DNA of 64,000 nucleotides from Chiloscyllium plagiosum (Eukaryota), in the NCBI RefSeq assembly GCF_004010195.1, contig NC_057733.1, positions 44,024,403-44,088,402 of the forward strand, in the 5' to 3' direction. Shown here one piece after another: positions 1 through 14,749 of this stretch. Within the stretch, counting starts at the first letter, position 1. Each line of letters starts with the position of its first letter. A model generated the notes under the pieces. It was given only the letters and a program-made list of their open reading frames with translations. It ran no database searches and was not told the DNA's origin. The translations under genes and the position numbers were made by a program.

Positions 1-890
1 TTAGGAGGAAAGTATAAAGGAGACATCAGAGGTTGGTTCTTTACGCAGAGAGTTGTGAATGCATGGAATGTGTTGCTAGCAGCAATTGTGGAAGCAAGGT
101 CATTGGGGACATTTAAGAGACTACTGGACATGCATATTGTCACAGAAATTTGAGGGTGCATACATGAGGATCAGTGGTCGGCACAACATTGTGGGCTGAA
201 GGGCCTGTTCTGTGCTGTACTGTTCTATGTTCTATGTTGTAAATGAGATAATGAGAATCCAGAGACAGTATAGTCCTGTTAGGGTGAAAGGAAAGGCTGG
301 TAGGTATAAGGAATGCTGGATGACTAAAGAAATTGAGGATTTGGTAAAGAAAAAGAAGGAAGCATATGTCAGGTATAGACAAGATAGATTAAGTGAATTC
401 TTACAGGAGTAATGGCAGTAGGTGTATACTTAAGAGGGAAATCGGAAGGACAACAAAATGGCCATAAGATAGTTTTGGCAAATAGAGTTAATGAGAATCC
501 GAAGGGTTTTTACAAATATATTAAAGGGCAAAAGAGCAACTAGGGAGAGAATAGGGCCCCTCAAAGATCAGCAAGGCGGCCTGTGTGTGGAGCCGCAGGA
601 GCTGGGGGAAGATACTAAACAAATACTTTGCATCAATGTTTACTGTGAGAAGGACATCGAAGATATAGAATGTAGGGAAATAGATGGTGACATCTTGAAA
701 AATGTCCATATTACAGAGGAGCAAGTGCGGGATGTCTTGCAACGTATACAAGTGGATAAATCCCCAGGACCTGATCAGGTGTACCATAGAACTCTGTGAC
801 AAGCTAGGGAAGTGATTGCCAGGCCCCTTGCGGAGATATTTGTATCATTGATAGTCACAGGTGAGGTGCTGGTAGTCTGGAGTTTGACTA
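1..890 (+). mobile_element. CR1 LINE fragments (a 3' end at 1-236; an ORF2 piece at about 255-890)
   Basis: FFTQRVVNAWN with a (TTCTATG)n tail, and KSPGPDQVY. Confidence 0.85.
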
Positions 891-1769
891 TGTCAAGTGG
901 TAAAGCTACCTGCTGCAGAACACCTTATTGAATTTTAGAGGTGAGGCAAGTGTAATTCACAGCAGCAGATGGCAGCAAGACTATAAAGTGTGCGTGTGAA
1001 ATGGTGATGTACACGAGGCAACAGCAGGAACGGGATGGAGCGTTTTGTGGGATTGGCTAGAGGTAGGATCAGTGCTTGCAGACTGCAGGAACGGCTGGGG
1101 CTGTGACCTGCAAGTCTAAGGAGGGGCTGCTGAAGCTGCATTGGGTCTTGGTGAGGCTGCGCTGAAGCAGAGTTCAGCGTTGCTTGGAGGAATGGTAGGT
1201 TTATTGGAACAAGGTCAGTGGTATGAGACTGATTCAGATGCTGAGGGAGATAAGCTATAGGAAAGACTGTTTATATGGAAAAGAAATTTGAAGGATTGGC
1301 AGGGGAGGATAGCTAGGGTATGATCTCTTTTTAAACAAAAAGTGTTTCACTGATACAGAGAAAGTGGATTTAAGACTATTCATTAGGACCCAGAATTAAG
1401 GAAATAAACAATATTTTAAAATAAATAATTGGTAAATCCACTTCCAGCAAGCGGAGGATTATGAGCAGGAAGGTAGATTTTTCAAAAAAAATCCAAATCC
1501 CAAGAACAGTATAGGTTAGATGGACTGACCGTCTTTTGCTCTCACCCAGATCATGATATTAATATTTGGTTTGATTTCCGTGCAATGTCATGCAGCAGAT
1601 GACTGAAAACAAGAAACCGCATGTAGCTAGTTGGTAACTAACCTCATTACTTCCTCAAGATCATAGTCAAGCAAAGCTCAAAGAGTCAGACCTGGGACAC
1701 CCTAGACTCTGATACAAAACTGCATGAGGTTTACATTCAGGAAGCAATGTTTGAAATTTATTTTATTTT

Positions 1770-1886
1770 ATTTATAAATTTTGTGAAGGGTACTGACGAA
1801 TAAGCCATGAGAAACAGCTGACTCAAGATGCATCAAGCATCAACAAGGAGCCTCCCTGCAGCACAATTGTACGGCTAGGAGTCAGT
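1770..1886. repeat. About 115-bp dispersed direct repeat, copy 1 (copy 2 at about 4535-4651)
   Basis: Both copies share AAGATGCATCAAGCATCAACAAGGAGCCTCCCTGCAGCACAA exactly. Confidence 0.88.
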
Positions 1887-3124
1887 TTTGCAGTGATGGA
1901 TTTGCAAGCCACTCTTGGCCACTTTTTTTGTTTTGGGTAGAGGGATGTGGTTGGGGGAAAATCAAGCTCCTACTTACAGATTCAGTAGGTCAGGTTCAGA
2001 GCTGCCAGTCAACAACATCAAATGGCAGATATTGGGAAGGTGGTGAAGTTGTGGTTATGTCACTGGACTAGTAAAGTTCTGGAGCCATGGATGCAAATCC
2101 CATCGTGATAGATAGTGAGATCTGAATTAAATTTTTCAAAAAATCTGAATTCAAAAAAAAAACACTTGATTCTTTGAGAATCAGAATCCCGACAGTGTGG
2201 AAGCAGGCCATTCGGCCCATTGAGTCCACACCAACATTCCAAAGTGTATCCCACCCAGATGCAACCCCATCCCTGAAACCCTGCATTTCCCATGGCCAAT
2301 CCACCTAACCTGCACATCTTTTGTAAAAATGCATCTGGTTCACAATAAGGAAATCTGCTATCCTTACTGGTCTGCTATGGACTCCTGACCCACAGTAATA
2401 TGGTTGATTCCCAACTGTCCTCTGGACATTAAATGCCTTTAGCCAGCAACACCCATCTCAAACTTTTTTTTGTTAATTTAGACTTGAAAAGCAGGTGAAA
2501 AAAGTAAATCAAATAACAGGTTCTGCCAATGGGATAAACATTCAGCCTTTGAGTTTTAAATTATTAAACCTTCAAACCAAGAACTGGAAATAACAAAAAA
2601 AAGGTCAAGAGATGATAGGTAAGAAGATGTTTACAAAGATTTGTTGCAGAGGTTCAGTAGCTTGGCTGGAAGTATTAGTCATTGGAGACAATGGTAGAAT
2701 AGCTGCCCACAGAGACAGTGTATCACAACATAACCATTCCAGCATAAACATTAAATCCACCATAGGGGAAAAAAAAGAGGAAGAACAGCACTTCAGCAAA
2801 TAACTAAGTCAAGCAATAAGTATAACAAAAATCTTCTACACCAACAAAAAAAAATAAAAAAAAGTCAGATTGCCTGTGAAATACCACCACCCAGAAGACC
2901 GCTGCATAATGGATTCACACTAGACCCAAAGCCGTTAACTCAAACTCTCTCCATAGATGCTGCCAGACCTGCAGAGTTCCTCTAGCAGTCATGTGGTTAC
3001 TTCAGATGTCCAGCATCCTCGGTATTTTGCTTTTTACTAGCATTGTTGATTTTCTCTCAAAGGATACAAGCTGTCGTGTACAGCACCACAGCCTGAACAA
3101 AATCAGTTGCACAACCAGGGATGA

Positions 3125-3760
3125 AACAGGTTGGACCAAAGAGTCTGTTCCTATGCTGTACATCTCTATGACTCTATGATGCAGAAAGCTGCAATGCAAA
3201 AGGGACTTGGGGATACTTGTGCACAAAACACAAAGCTAGCACACTAGGGGAAGCAGGTGGTCAGGAAAGCTAATGGAACGTTGATCCTTGTTTCAAGGGA
3301 GGTGGAGTATAAGTGTTAGGGAGTCATTCTGCAAATGTACAAGGTGTTAGCAGCACCACATCCGGAGTACTGTGTGCAACTTTGGTCCCCTAAGTGCAAA
3401 AAAGGAAAGATATTATTTCAATGGAGGTGTTCAAAAAACATTTAACGGGAGGACCTCTGGTATGAAGAATTGCATGACAAATAAAAGGTTGAACATATTG
3501 GGACTATTCATTGGAGTGAAGAAGAATGAGGGGTGATCTCTTTGAAACATAGGATTTTTAAGGGACTTGAAGGGCTTATGCTGGAAGAGGATACTTCCCC
3601 TCATGGGAGAGTCTAGGACCAGAGAGAAATAAAGGAGTGTCAATTTAAGACCGAGATAAGGAGGACTTTGAGGGTTGAGTATCTTAGAATCCTTGTCATG
3701 GAGTTTGGGGCAGAGTCCTTGAATATTTAAGGCTTTTGACAGATTCCTGATGGGTAGAAA
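3125..3760 (+). mobile_element. Degraded CR1 fragments
   Basis: QRDLGILV and EYCVQLWSP-like segments. Confidence 0.7.
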
Positions 3761-3851
3761 GTGAGGACTGCAGATGCTGGAGATCAGTCACAAAGCAGGT
3801 CAGGCAGCATTTATTTTAATTTTAAATTTAGATTAAAAAATAACTTTCTAC

Positions 3852-4089
3852 CTGAAATTCCAAGGTCAGCCATAACGATGTGCTTGCGTTGATCAGCATT
3901 GCTGATCTGAGGAAAGTAGACATCAAGAGCAAAGAAGACTATACAAATGAGAAATGCAATCACTCCAATTCCTACACCATAATGACAAGCATCCACATTC
4001 TGATTGAAGATACATTTCAGCTGTGAAGATTGATGTGAATTTATGTAACCCTCACTTGTGATGCAGCCAAATACAATTATTGAAAAGAC
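3852..4089 (-). CDS. SYNGR2: Synaptogyrin-2, coding exon 2 (MARVEL domain; VFSIIVFGCITSEGY...CIFNQNVDACHYGVGIGVIAF...DVYFPQISNADQRKHIVMADLGIS)
   Basis: Acceptor ctttcAG (4091-4090), 238-nt open exon in phase with exon 1, donor GTagaa at 3851. Diagnostic synaptogyrin motifs. Later exons were not found in 1-3850. Confidence 0.93.
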
Positions 4090-5094
4090 CTGAAAGAAAG
4101 CAAAAAAGAAAATCCAAAATTATTGTGCTGTAAAAGAAAGGCACATATGACAAAATGGCTGCAAGATGTCCTAAATAATTTAATAACAACATACAAGACC
4201 CACAGTACTATATACTTGTGGAAATGTGACCACTCCACTCTTGCAGCTACAAAGCTGAATGCCCTTTCTAAAAATGGACACGTCTCACAACCAATCACAA
4301 CAGAATTCACAAGGACTCTTGCTGCTTGATAAACTTCAGGGCTTCTAAAAAAAGGTTTTATTCTGAAGCAAATTGTATTTGCACAGATTCCACTGGATCC
4401 CAAATCAGTATCTGGGCAGGGGCAGCAGTGGGCACTCCTGAGTACAAAGTTTACTAGCTGTGGCAGGCTTGCACACTAGCACTATACTCCCCATTCTCAA
4501 TGTGCTGTGCAGCTCTCTGACAAATAACTTATTTAAATTTATAATTTTATGAAGGGTATTGATAAATAAGCCAAGAGAAACTGCTGACTTAAGATGCATC
4601 AAGCATCAACAAGGAGCCTCCCTGCAGCACAACTGTACGACTAGGAGTCGGAGATGTCCTAAAGAATTTAAATACAAAACTGCTAATTCAGATCAGGTGG
4701 TCTATGCAAGAATTTTAGATTTTTAAGCTGTGTAGCGTACCCACCTTAGTCAATAAATCCATTTAAACTTTTTAAAAGTGTAAACTTGCTTTTACATAAA
4801 ATTCACAATATATAAAATAAAAGTCATTTCTGGGAAAAATCCAAAGATGGGTCTTTTGTTGCTTCTGACTGTCACACAATGCCATCAGCTTGATAAAAGC
4901 TCATCAGTAGGGAGGTGGAGAGAATGGACCAGCAGCACCTCCTTGATAATATCCGTGATTGGAAAGCCAAGCTGCAGTGGTTACTTAATTTAACGTGTGA
5001 AAGAAGATCTCTGCAGGGTTGCTGGAAACTGGATTCTAAGTCACCAACAGGTTTCTACTTAAACAACAATAAAAAAAAGGGAGAACACAGTACT

Positions 5095-5500
5095 GAAGAG
5101 TCAGAGCACAGAAACAGACCTTTCAGTCTAACTCATCCATTCTGACTAGACATCCCAAACGGACATGTCCCATTTGCCAGCATATCCCTCCAATCCTTTC
5201 CTATTCATATACCCATCCAGATCCTTTTAAATGCTGTAATTGTACCAGCCTCCACCACTTCCTCTGGCAGCTCACTCCATACACGCATCACTCTCTGCGT
5301 GAAAATGTTGCCCCTTAGGTCTCTTTTTAAAAATCTTTCCCCGCTCACCTTAAACCTTCTAGTTTTGGTCTCCCCACCCTGGGAAAAAGACCTTGGCTAT
5401 TCATCATATCCATGCCCCTCGTGATTTTATAAACTTCTATAAAAAGGTCACTCCTTAGCCTCGAGGGAAAAGCTGCAGCTTATTCAGCTTCCCCATAACT
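5095..5500 (-). mobile_element. CR1 3' fragment
   Basis: Homologous to the CR1 3' ends at 28.7 kb and 32.4 kb. Confidence 0.8.
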
Positions 5501-6524
5501 TGGGCTAAAATAACTTGAATATGATGTTTTTCTTAAAATAAACTGACTTGAGAATATATCACATTCATGCAGGAAAATATCTTTTCCAAACCTGTGACAT
5601 GGATAGCTTGTTGTTATAAATCACATGAAACAAGTCTGAATCATTGGACAGCACTAATATTTTAATTTAATAAACATTAATATTATTCTATTAGAATCAA
5701 CTACAGTTCACAATAAGACTTCAAAGTTCTCATATAACGCAAGATCAGCATGCTTCAAGTTTGAGACAGTATTGTGCATTATAATTGGGGCAGACAACAT
5801 TACTGAATCTGATGATTCAAACAGCATCAACCAGCTTTCCCCACATCTATGGCATTACCCGAAACCCCTAAACCTACAGCCTTTATTCACTGAGCAATTA
5901 CTCAGCAAGTAAACTCTTGGTTAGATCAACAATCAGAGCTCAATGTTTCAAAAAGGTCATGGGTCTTAGTTTTATGTTTGCATCCAATTTGTTTTTCACT
6001 GAAACAGCAAGCTGCCAAATCTGGCTGGAGTTATTCCCTGCCTGTTTCATCACATGATTTCTCACCAACTGCAAGATCCAGTCATATAAAATTTTTGTAA
6101 TCTCTCACAGAATTATAGATCAAGAGAAATTGTAAATAAAGTACTGGTGATGTTTCTCCTGGTTGACTTGCAACTATACTCTAGGCATTAATCGTTAATT
6201 CTTGAAGAATCCAAAACAACTTTGAATTGTTGGCAACCCTGACAAACTTAGGTTTGAATTTGATAACCAGACACTCCACATGACATCTCCCTGTATTTGT
6301 TTACACAGCACTGGCAACACTTTCTCAATGACTGTTTATTCATCAAGAAACACACGATGCTTGCATTCCAATAACGTTGAATATGGACTATTTATAAATT
6401 TTCCCAGAGATCGAGGCTGGAGTCTTGACTGAATTTCTAATAAATCTATATGGCCTTGTTAAAGTCCAGATGATAAACTGGTTAGTAAGGTTGGATCACA
6501 GGACTATATTTTAGAAATTATGAC

Positions 6525-8095
6525 CCAAGGTGAGCTAGCCAATTGAATACAAAAATTGGCTTGACAGTAGGAGACAGATGGTGGTGGTAGAAAGCTGTTC
6601 AGTCTAGAGACCTGTAACCAGCAGTGTGCCACAAGAATCGGTGCTAGGACCACTATTGTTAGTCATTTATACAATTTAACTTGCAGATGACACCAAAATT
6701 GGTGGTGTAGTGGACAATTAAGGAGGTTATCTTAGAGTACAATGGGATCTCGAGCAACTGGGCTAAGGAGTGACAGATGGAGTTTTACCCAGCTAAATGT
6801 GAGGTGTTGCATTTTGGCAAGATAAACCAAGGAAGGACTTGCACAATTAATTGTAGAGCCCTAGAGAATGTGGTTAAACAGAGACCTAGGGGTGCAGGTA
6901 CACAGTTCCTTGACAATGGCATCACAAGTAGACAGGGTGGTGAAGGTGGTATTTGGCACACTTGCCTTCATCAGTCACTGCATTGAGTACAGGAGTTGGG
7001 ACATCATGTTACAGCTGTACAAGACATTGTTAAAGCTATATTTGGAGTACTGCATACAATTCTGATCACCATGCTGTAGGAAGGATGTTATTAAACTGGA
7101 AAGGGTGCAGAAAAAGATTTACAAGGATGTTACAGAACTGGAAGGCTTGAATTGTAATGAGATACTATGACTTTTTCCCTGGAGCATAGGAGGCTGGGAG
7201 GGTGACTGTAAAGGAGCACAGAAAAAGATGACTAGCCAAGGTCTTTCCCTGAAGGTAGGAGTCCAAAACTAGAGGGCATAGGTTGAAGGTGAGAGGGGAA
7301 AGATTTAAAAAGGGACCTGAAAGGCAACTTTTTAAAAATGCAGAGGATGGTGAGTGTACGGAGTGAGCTGCCAGAGAAGTGGTAAAGGCAGGGTCAATTG
7401 CAACATTAAAAAAAAAGGCATCTGAATGGGTATATAAATAGGAAGGGTTTGGAGGGATATGGGTCAGGTGCTGGCAGGTAGGTCTAGATTGGGTTGGGAT
7501 ATCTGGTCAGCATGGATGGGTTGGACTGAAGGGCCTGTTTCCATGCTGTACATCTCTATGACTAAGTTATACTAGACACTGGTGAGGCCACATCAGGAGG
7601 CTGTGTACAGTACTGGTTACCTTAAAGAAGGGATGTAAATACATTGAAGCAATTCAGAAGATTTACCAGAGTAATACCTGGTAAAGGGAGGCATGAGGAG
7701 GATAGGCTGGACAGGCAGGGCTTGTACTCACAGCAGTTTCAAAGTGCAGAGGCAGCCAGGATGGAGGGGTACTGGCAAAGGAGAGGGTGGAGAGGATACT
7801 TACTCTTACAGACAAATCTAAAACAAATGGTCATCATTTAAAAATAAGGGATCGCCCACTTAAACCAGATTAGAGATTGGTCTTCTCTCTCAAAAGGGTT
7901 GAACCCCTTTGGGATTCCACTTCCACCAACTTCTTACAAAGAGAATTGGTTATTTTTAAAGGCAAAGGCAGAAGTTAATTGTAAGCGAGAAGTGAAAGGT
8001 TATGGGGGTGGATGAGAATATGGAATGGAGTTTATAATCAGATCTTAGTAAACGGTGGAGAGGCCGAATGGCTGACGACTCCTTGCTCACATGTG
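6525..8095 (+). mobile_element. Two adjacent CR1 fragments (about 6525-7563 and 7565-8095)
   Basis: ADDTKIGG, KCEVLHFG, RDLGVQVH and LEYCIQF motifs, with 3' tails. Confidence 0.85.
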
Positions 8096-8799
8096 TTGCC
8101 AGAAAGAGTGGATTCTACAGGGTGGGAGGTTGAGCAGTCGGTGCCTGCATTATCAGGAATATAGCTGGCACAGCTAGCAATGAAAGCAAAGCAGGTTGTG
8201 CTGGCCAAATTAGAACAGGTGACCTGAAGCCAAACGCAAACCTTGTCTCTGTTGTATTGCTCTTGCTTCCGGCTCAAAAGGTTGCGAGCTCAAGCTTCAA
8301 TTTAGAGACGCAAGTATGTAATCCCGGCTAATGTTTCCAGAGCAGTATTGAGGCAGCACAGCACTTTCTGACCTGCAAGTCTCTTAGACAAGAGACCAAA
8401 TGGAAGCTCACGTTTCCTTCTCACCTGGGCACTGTAGCTCCCAAACCAACATTCCAAACCAGCCCAAGCTGTTCCTGCTGTGTCCTCATTGACAACCAGG
8501 TCTCCTTGCATCACACCAGAGACCTTACATCAAGAGTACAGCATTGGAAGTGTGGAAATCATGAAAGGCTCAGAATAAATGTAAACACTTTCTTCATTGT
8601 AAACAATGGGACTTAAGAAGAGGAGATTTAGTTTCTTGCCATATAGTGTAAATTAAGTTGAATTTGAGCTTATTTATAACATTTACTTTTACTGAAGTTT
8701 ATTACACACAATTTATAACCAAACACGGTTTGGAGTCTTCAATGGAAACATTCAAGCCTCATCACCACCACTCCACACAAAAACAAAATTTTCATTCAT

Positions 8800-10460
8800 A
8801 GGAATCAGTCACACAGCACAGGCCCTTGCCAACCAGGTTTCCCAAACTAATCTAGTCCTATTTGCCTTCATTTGGCCCATATCCCTCTAAACCTTTCCTG
8901 TTCATGCACCAGTCCAAATGTCTTTTAAAATATTATCAATGTTCCTGCATCATCAACATTTCTTCTGGCAGTTCATTCTCCATACAAATCACCCTCTGTG
9001 TGAAAAGATGGCCTCTCCAGTCCCTCTTGACTCTTCCCTCTTTCAGCTTAAAAATATGCCCCTTAGTCTTGAGCATCTCTACCTGAGGGAAAATACTTTT
9101 GCTATTCACCTTATCCATGCCCCTCATGATTTTATGAACTGCTATAAGGTCACCCCTCAACCTTTTATTCTCCAGGTGAAAGAAATCCCAGCTTTTCCCT
9201 ACAACTTAAGCCCTCCACTCCCAGTAACATTCTTATAATCTCTGCTGAACCCTTTCCAATATAATAATATCCATCCAAAGCAGGAAAATCAGATCTGTAG
9301 ACAATATCCCTTAAGAGGCATCACCACCATCCCATATGTCCCAACGCCTATACTCAAAATGAAGGTAAGCATGCTAAATGCTGTCTTTACCACCCTATCT
9401 ACCTGTTACACAACTTTCAAAAAATTATGTATCTGAAACCCTAGTCTCCAATTGACAATGCTTCCCAGTGCCCTACCATTAACTGTACAAGTCTTGCCCT
9501 TGGTCGTCTTACCAAAATGCAACACCTTGCACTTATTCAAAGTTAAACTCCATTTGCCATACCGCAGCTCATTGGCCCAATTGATCAAGATCTATTTGTA
9601 ATCTTAGATAACCTTCATGCTCACTATACTATCAATTTTGCCTTTTATATTCTCATTCAAGGTGTTTATATAGATGACAAAACAGTGGACCCAGCACCGA
9701 TCCCTGCAGAACACCACTGTCACAGGCCTCCAGTCCGAAAAACAAGCTTCCACCCCTACCCTGTTTTCTAACGAGAAGACAATTTTGTACCCAATTGGCA
9801 AGCTCTCCTTGAATCCCATTGATCTTTTGTTATCCACCAGTCCAACATGCAGGATCTTGTCAAATGTTTTACTAAAGTCCATGCAGACACCATTCACTGC
9901 TCAGTCATCACCTATCTTCTTGGTCACATCCTCAAAACAAGAAGTCAAGCTTCAGATACAATTTCACATGCACAAAGCCATACTGGCTATCCCTAAGATC
10001 AGTCTCTGCCTCTCCAAATGCATATAAATTCTCCCTGAATCACCTCCAATTTAAAAAGGTGCCCACCAATGATGTCAGACTCACCAGTCTATACTTCCCA
10101 GGCTCCTCCTTGCAGTCCTTCTTAAATGAAGGCACAACATTATATACCCTCCAGTCCTCCAGCACCTCACCTGTGGCTGTAGATAAATACCTCTGATAGA
10201 GGCCCTGCAATTTCTTTCCTAACTTCCAAAAACAACCTGATCAGGTTCCAGGATTTATCCATTTTTAAGACTCCCAGCAGCTCCCTCTTCTGTAATGTGG
10301 ACTGTTTTCAAGACATCAATATTTATGTCTAACTATCCCAGCCTCCATATCTTTCTCCAATGTAAATACTAATATGAAATACTAGTTTAGTATCTCTCCA
10401 TCTCGTGAGTTCCACATGTAGATGATCTTGTTGATCTTTAAGGGGCCCTATTACTCCTAA
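8800..10460 (-). mobile_element. CR1 LINE, degraded
   Basis: MDFSKTFDK, KCKVLHFG, RGDLIAVHKIMRG. Confidence 0.85.
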
Positions 10461-11594
10461 AGTGCTCTTCAAATGTAGGAATGCATCTCAAATTGCTTAG
10501 CATCAAAAGAGTGGAACACTAAAGATCAGGACAGAGTACGTTTAGAGAATTCAGTCTGGAGGGCCAAAGACAAGGTTTGTTGCTTTTAAAATACATAATC
10601 AAACTATCTAGAACTATGTAGGAAGCTCCAAGGCTCAGGACCACCAGGGTTTAATGAGCAGCCAGTAATGGAACAGAGGGAGCAATGGTTGAGAAGCTAG
10701 GAGTTAAAAGAAATGTAAAACACTAATAGGGACATAATCAGCACAAACTAAAAACTTACATCAAGACAGAGAACCCAGCCGTATCCTTGCTAATGAAAGG
10801 ACTGGGAGATTCGGGTAGAAACAGGAAAGGGTCAGTTCAGAACTTTGTTGTTATCATTTTACATAATTAACAAAAGACAGTTATCGTGCCCGATCGGACA
10901 GCAGCTACTGTCTATAGAAGCGACAATAAATGACACATCGGCAACTGTTTAAGTCAACTTACAGCATGACAAGCAACAAAATATCTAACGAGACACAGAT
11001 CTATCATTGCAACAAGACAGTGTGTAAAATTGGTTATAACAAGAAAAAAAGATGTTCCTGTTCTTAAAGCCAATGTAACTACCTCTCAGGAGGTCCAAGC
11101 AGTTCTAACAACATTTTTCCCCAACAAGTCTTAATAGATTTCTTTGTACAGTCTTACTCTTTTGGATTATTACTGGAAAGTTTTATAACAAAAAAGTTAG
11201 GTTAGTTTCAGTTCAAACGGAGTTTGGTTTCCATTTAGTACAGCATCACAAAGTAAAGTCAATTATTGAATTAACTATTGAATAGGCTACACTTTAACGA
11301 TTAAAAAAAAAGTTCAACTTGGTTGCATCCTGTATACAAGTCAATAATATTTTCCTAGGAGTGGGAGAAATGGGAGGACTGGTGGAAGGACTCAAACTTA
11401 AGGGTTGCTGTACACGGAGATACTCTGCATCATACACTTCCTCATTACAAAACAATAACTGTAATGTCATAGCCACCTTACAGCAATTCCTCAAACGACT
11501 ATTCAGTTATTCATCCAGAGATCATGAATAGAAGAAAGACCTAGTTGAATTAAAAAGATTCCTTTCAGTATCAGGATAAAGGTTCCCAATTTAA

Positions 11595-11950
11595 GGGGAG
11601 ATAGTGGTTTAGCAGTACTATCACTGGACTGTTAGCCCAGGGACCTAAGTAACGTCCTGGGCATCCAGGATTGAATCCCACCATGGCAGGTGGTGGAATC
11701 TGAATTCAATAAAAATCTGAAATTAAGACTCTAATGACCACAAATCCATTGCCGATTGTTGGAAAAACCCATCTGGTTCACTAATTTCTTTTAGGGAAGG
11801 ATATCCGTTATCCTTTAGCTGGTCTGGCCAATGTGTGATTTCAGACCTGCAGCTATGTGGTTTACTCTTAACTGCCCTCTAGACAATTAGGGATGGGCAA
11901 TATTGCTCACCGAATCAGCAACCCCCTTTTGTGTGGATGATTTTTTTAAA
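11595..11950 (+). mobile_element. Second tRNA-headed SINE family (other copies near 2035-2460, 44355-44575, 48540-48780)
   Basis: Shared segments TCACTGGACT...GAATCCCACCATGG...CCCATCTGGTTCACTAAT...GGAAATCTGC across copies. Confidence 0.68.
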
Positions 11951-14749
11951 AAAATTACCAGATCCAGGTGGGGATGCCCCAAATCAGAGGTCCCAAATGA
12001 GGGCAGCTGAACGGTCCCCATCTTTATTCACCGCCCCTCAGTCTCAACAAGCTTAATTTAAAAAGGATTCCCATGGAACTAATTTAAACAAGGCTCAACA
12101 AAAGTGCACATTCATTAGTTACTAAAAACAGGAGAAAAAAAAAAGTGTTGAGAAATAAGTCCAAGAAAAGATAAAAAAATTAAAAGATAACAATCAGTTC
12201 CTTGTTAGTTTACTAAATTACTAGTGGAACTGTTGTTAGCTGAGCAATCAATTTGAGATGATTGACTTTGCAGGTTAGTTCACATTTCTTTGTCCTGTTC
12301 CCTCTTGAGCTGGCTTACTGACTAGCATTCAATAGTCAAAAGCACAAAAGTTTTCCTTTGCCTGCAATGAAGAAGTGACTAGTGAATGACTCTTCAATTG
12401 TGACTTTCAGAGCTCACCAGCACATAAGCACTGGCTAGTACACACCAGCACTTCAAATCACAAGCACACACAGGCTATTGATGAAACCCCTGTCGTTGTG
12501 TATTCTTGAGAGGGGTAAACGCAAAGATGTCTCCTGCCTATGTCACCTTTACTCGCATCATGCTCACAGCCTGGAGATACTCACAGGGGATTACAATTCA
12601 TTTTGGAGTGCATTTCCCCCTTAAAACTTCTGACACCTTCAAGTGTGACATTCCAGAGTTCCTCTCCAGAAAGCCACTGAAACTACATCCAAAAGATGAT
12701 TGCAGATAGATCTCTTCTGAAAATGAAAGCATGTTGCAATTAAAAGTTCAGTTGTGTCTAGAGGCACTCCAGGGCTATGATCCTTGGTCACTATACTTGT
12801 AAATCAGTAACCATATTATTAAGCATAATAGTGACCAATCTCTCAAATTGCAACTGACCAAGTAATTCGAGTTTAAGTTTAGTTAAATAAGGGAACAGAC
12901 TCCAGGACTAGGTTCGGGATTAACAAACAAAATCAGTCAATCAGAAACAAATCATCCATCATCATTTTGTAGCAACCATGATACCTGAAAAAAGACAAAG
13001 ATAACATCCAGCTTGGTTACAGAGTAACAAGGTGGTTCGGAGTGACACGTTCAGGTAGAACAACGAGAACAATTTAGACAATACTTAAAACAAAAAAGGC
13101 AAAAAAGTTGGAGTTTCATCTTGCACTCAAAACCAGGATGCAAGAAACAGACTTGAAAAGAGAGGGAGACATCTGTTTAATACGGTATGAGGGAACATGC
13201 TGATTGGTCAAAGATGCAGCAAGGACAGGTAACCATTTAACTCAATTCTCAAACCAGGCAGGTAGATTCTGGATGGTCAGTGCAAAGCTATGGAGATGCA
13301 TCAGCAGCAACAGGTTGTCTCTGTGACTTTTGCTTGTACTGTATAAAATGGAAATACAGCTGAGCAAATCCTAACAAGCTACAGCCAGAACCACTGTTTG
13401 ACAAAATTTTGAAATCTGCTATACTATAGCATGGCACCAAAGAAACAAATTAATGTTCTACAAACCTACCATAAACCAGAGGCCAAAGGAAATCCTACTG
13501 AACAATGACATTCACTGCTTGGTATTTGTCCAATGTTAAGATCTGATTTTTGTTGTCACATGTACCAAGTGTTTCACATGATCTACAGGCAGATCATACT
13601 ATACAAAGTGCGTCAGGAAGCAGAACAAAGCACAGAATTCAGTGTTATACTTGCAGAGAGAAATTGTGGAGGGATCAACATTAATAAAGGAGGGTTCTGT
13701 TCAACAGTCTGTTAACAGCAGGGAAGAAAGTGGAAAAAAATTGGTTAATTAGGGACTGAGACAGATCTGAAATTATATTAAACTTGAACCAGATACTCCT
13801 TTAAAAGATAATTAAATTAGGTCTCAAAATGTCAGGGACAGGGGCAACATTTACAAACCAGCCTTCTAAACGTTAGCAATATCGTTTTCAACTTTAACCT
13901 CGTGAAGAGAAGCCATGTCATTCCCCCTGTTAAACAGGTACAAACGTCTCCCGACCATACTGGTAAAGGAATAGCCAAATCGAGTCACAGATTCTCCTTT
14001 TCCAAAAAAAACCCAGCAAGTAAACATTAACTGTTCGGCAATAAATGAAGCAACAGGTCTTTAGAAGGAAAACTTTCTTGATAAAGGAAACGATGTAATT
14101 GAGGTCTGTGTGTCAGCAGGAAGAAATGAAGTGAAAGGAGACAGAGCTGGTGCAGGGGGCGATATCACTCCCAGTGGGAGCACCAGCAGCCATGTTTCTG
14201 AGACATTCTGAAATCCCAATTCATCTCAGCAGTAAAACAGGGGAATAACGATGGAGGGAAATTCTTCTAAAAACCCTGCTCTCGTGTTTTCTTTTGCCCG
14301 ATGTCAAGGACCCTGTGCCTCTGCAGCGATGCCAGCAGCGATGCCAACCCCCTTCCCCTTTTCTGCAAGCCCTCCCTCCAATGTCACAGCAGGATAGTTA
14401 GTACTTTCCGGATTGTAAAGCCAGCTAAGACTTGTAACTCCTCCAGTACCAGCCGATGCGGAAGTGGTTGGAGATAGTTTGGGGGGAGGGTGGAAACACG
14501 GAGGTAGATTGCAACGTAAAGCAAACAGTTTCGCAAAGCAAAACTAACTGACCCACCACCCCCATTTCTCCTCCAGAACTGCGAATGGGGAAGTTTGCAA
14601 AGCTGGATTTTAAACTTCAGATTCCCTCTACCTTTTCCTGACTTTGTAGTTTCCGAAATTGACAAATAGTCCGGGGGCAGGGGTTGGGGAAAAGTCGGTA
14701 AGTTTTCAAAAATGTACTCCACACCTCAGACTGCAAGCACCGACAACAG

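Noticed and set aside
14384-14722. 112-aa ORF in SYNGR2 intron 1
   Set aside because: GTG start, no recognisable motif or convincing splice sites. Likely chance in GC-richer sequence.
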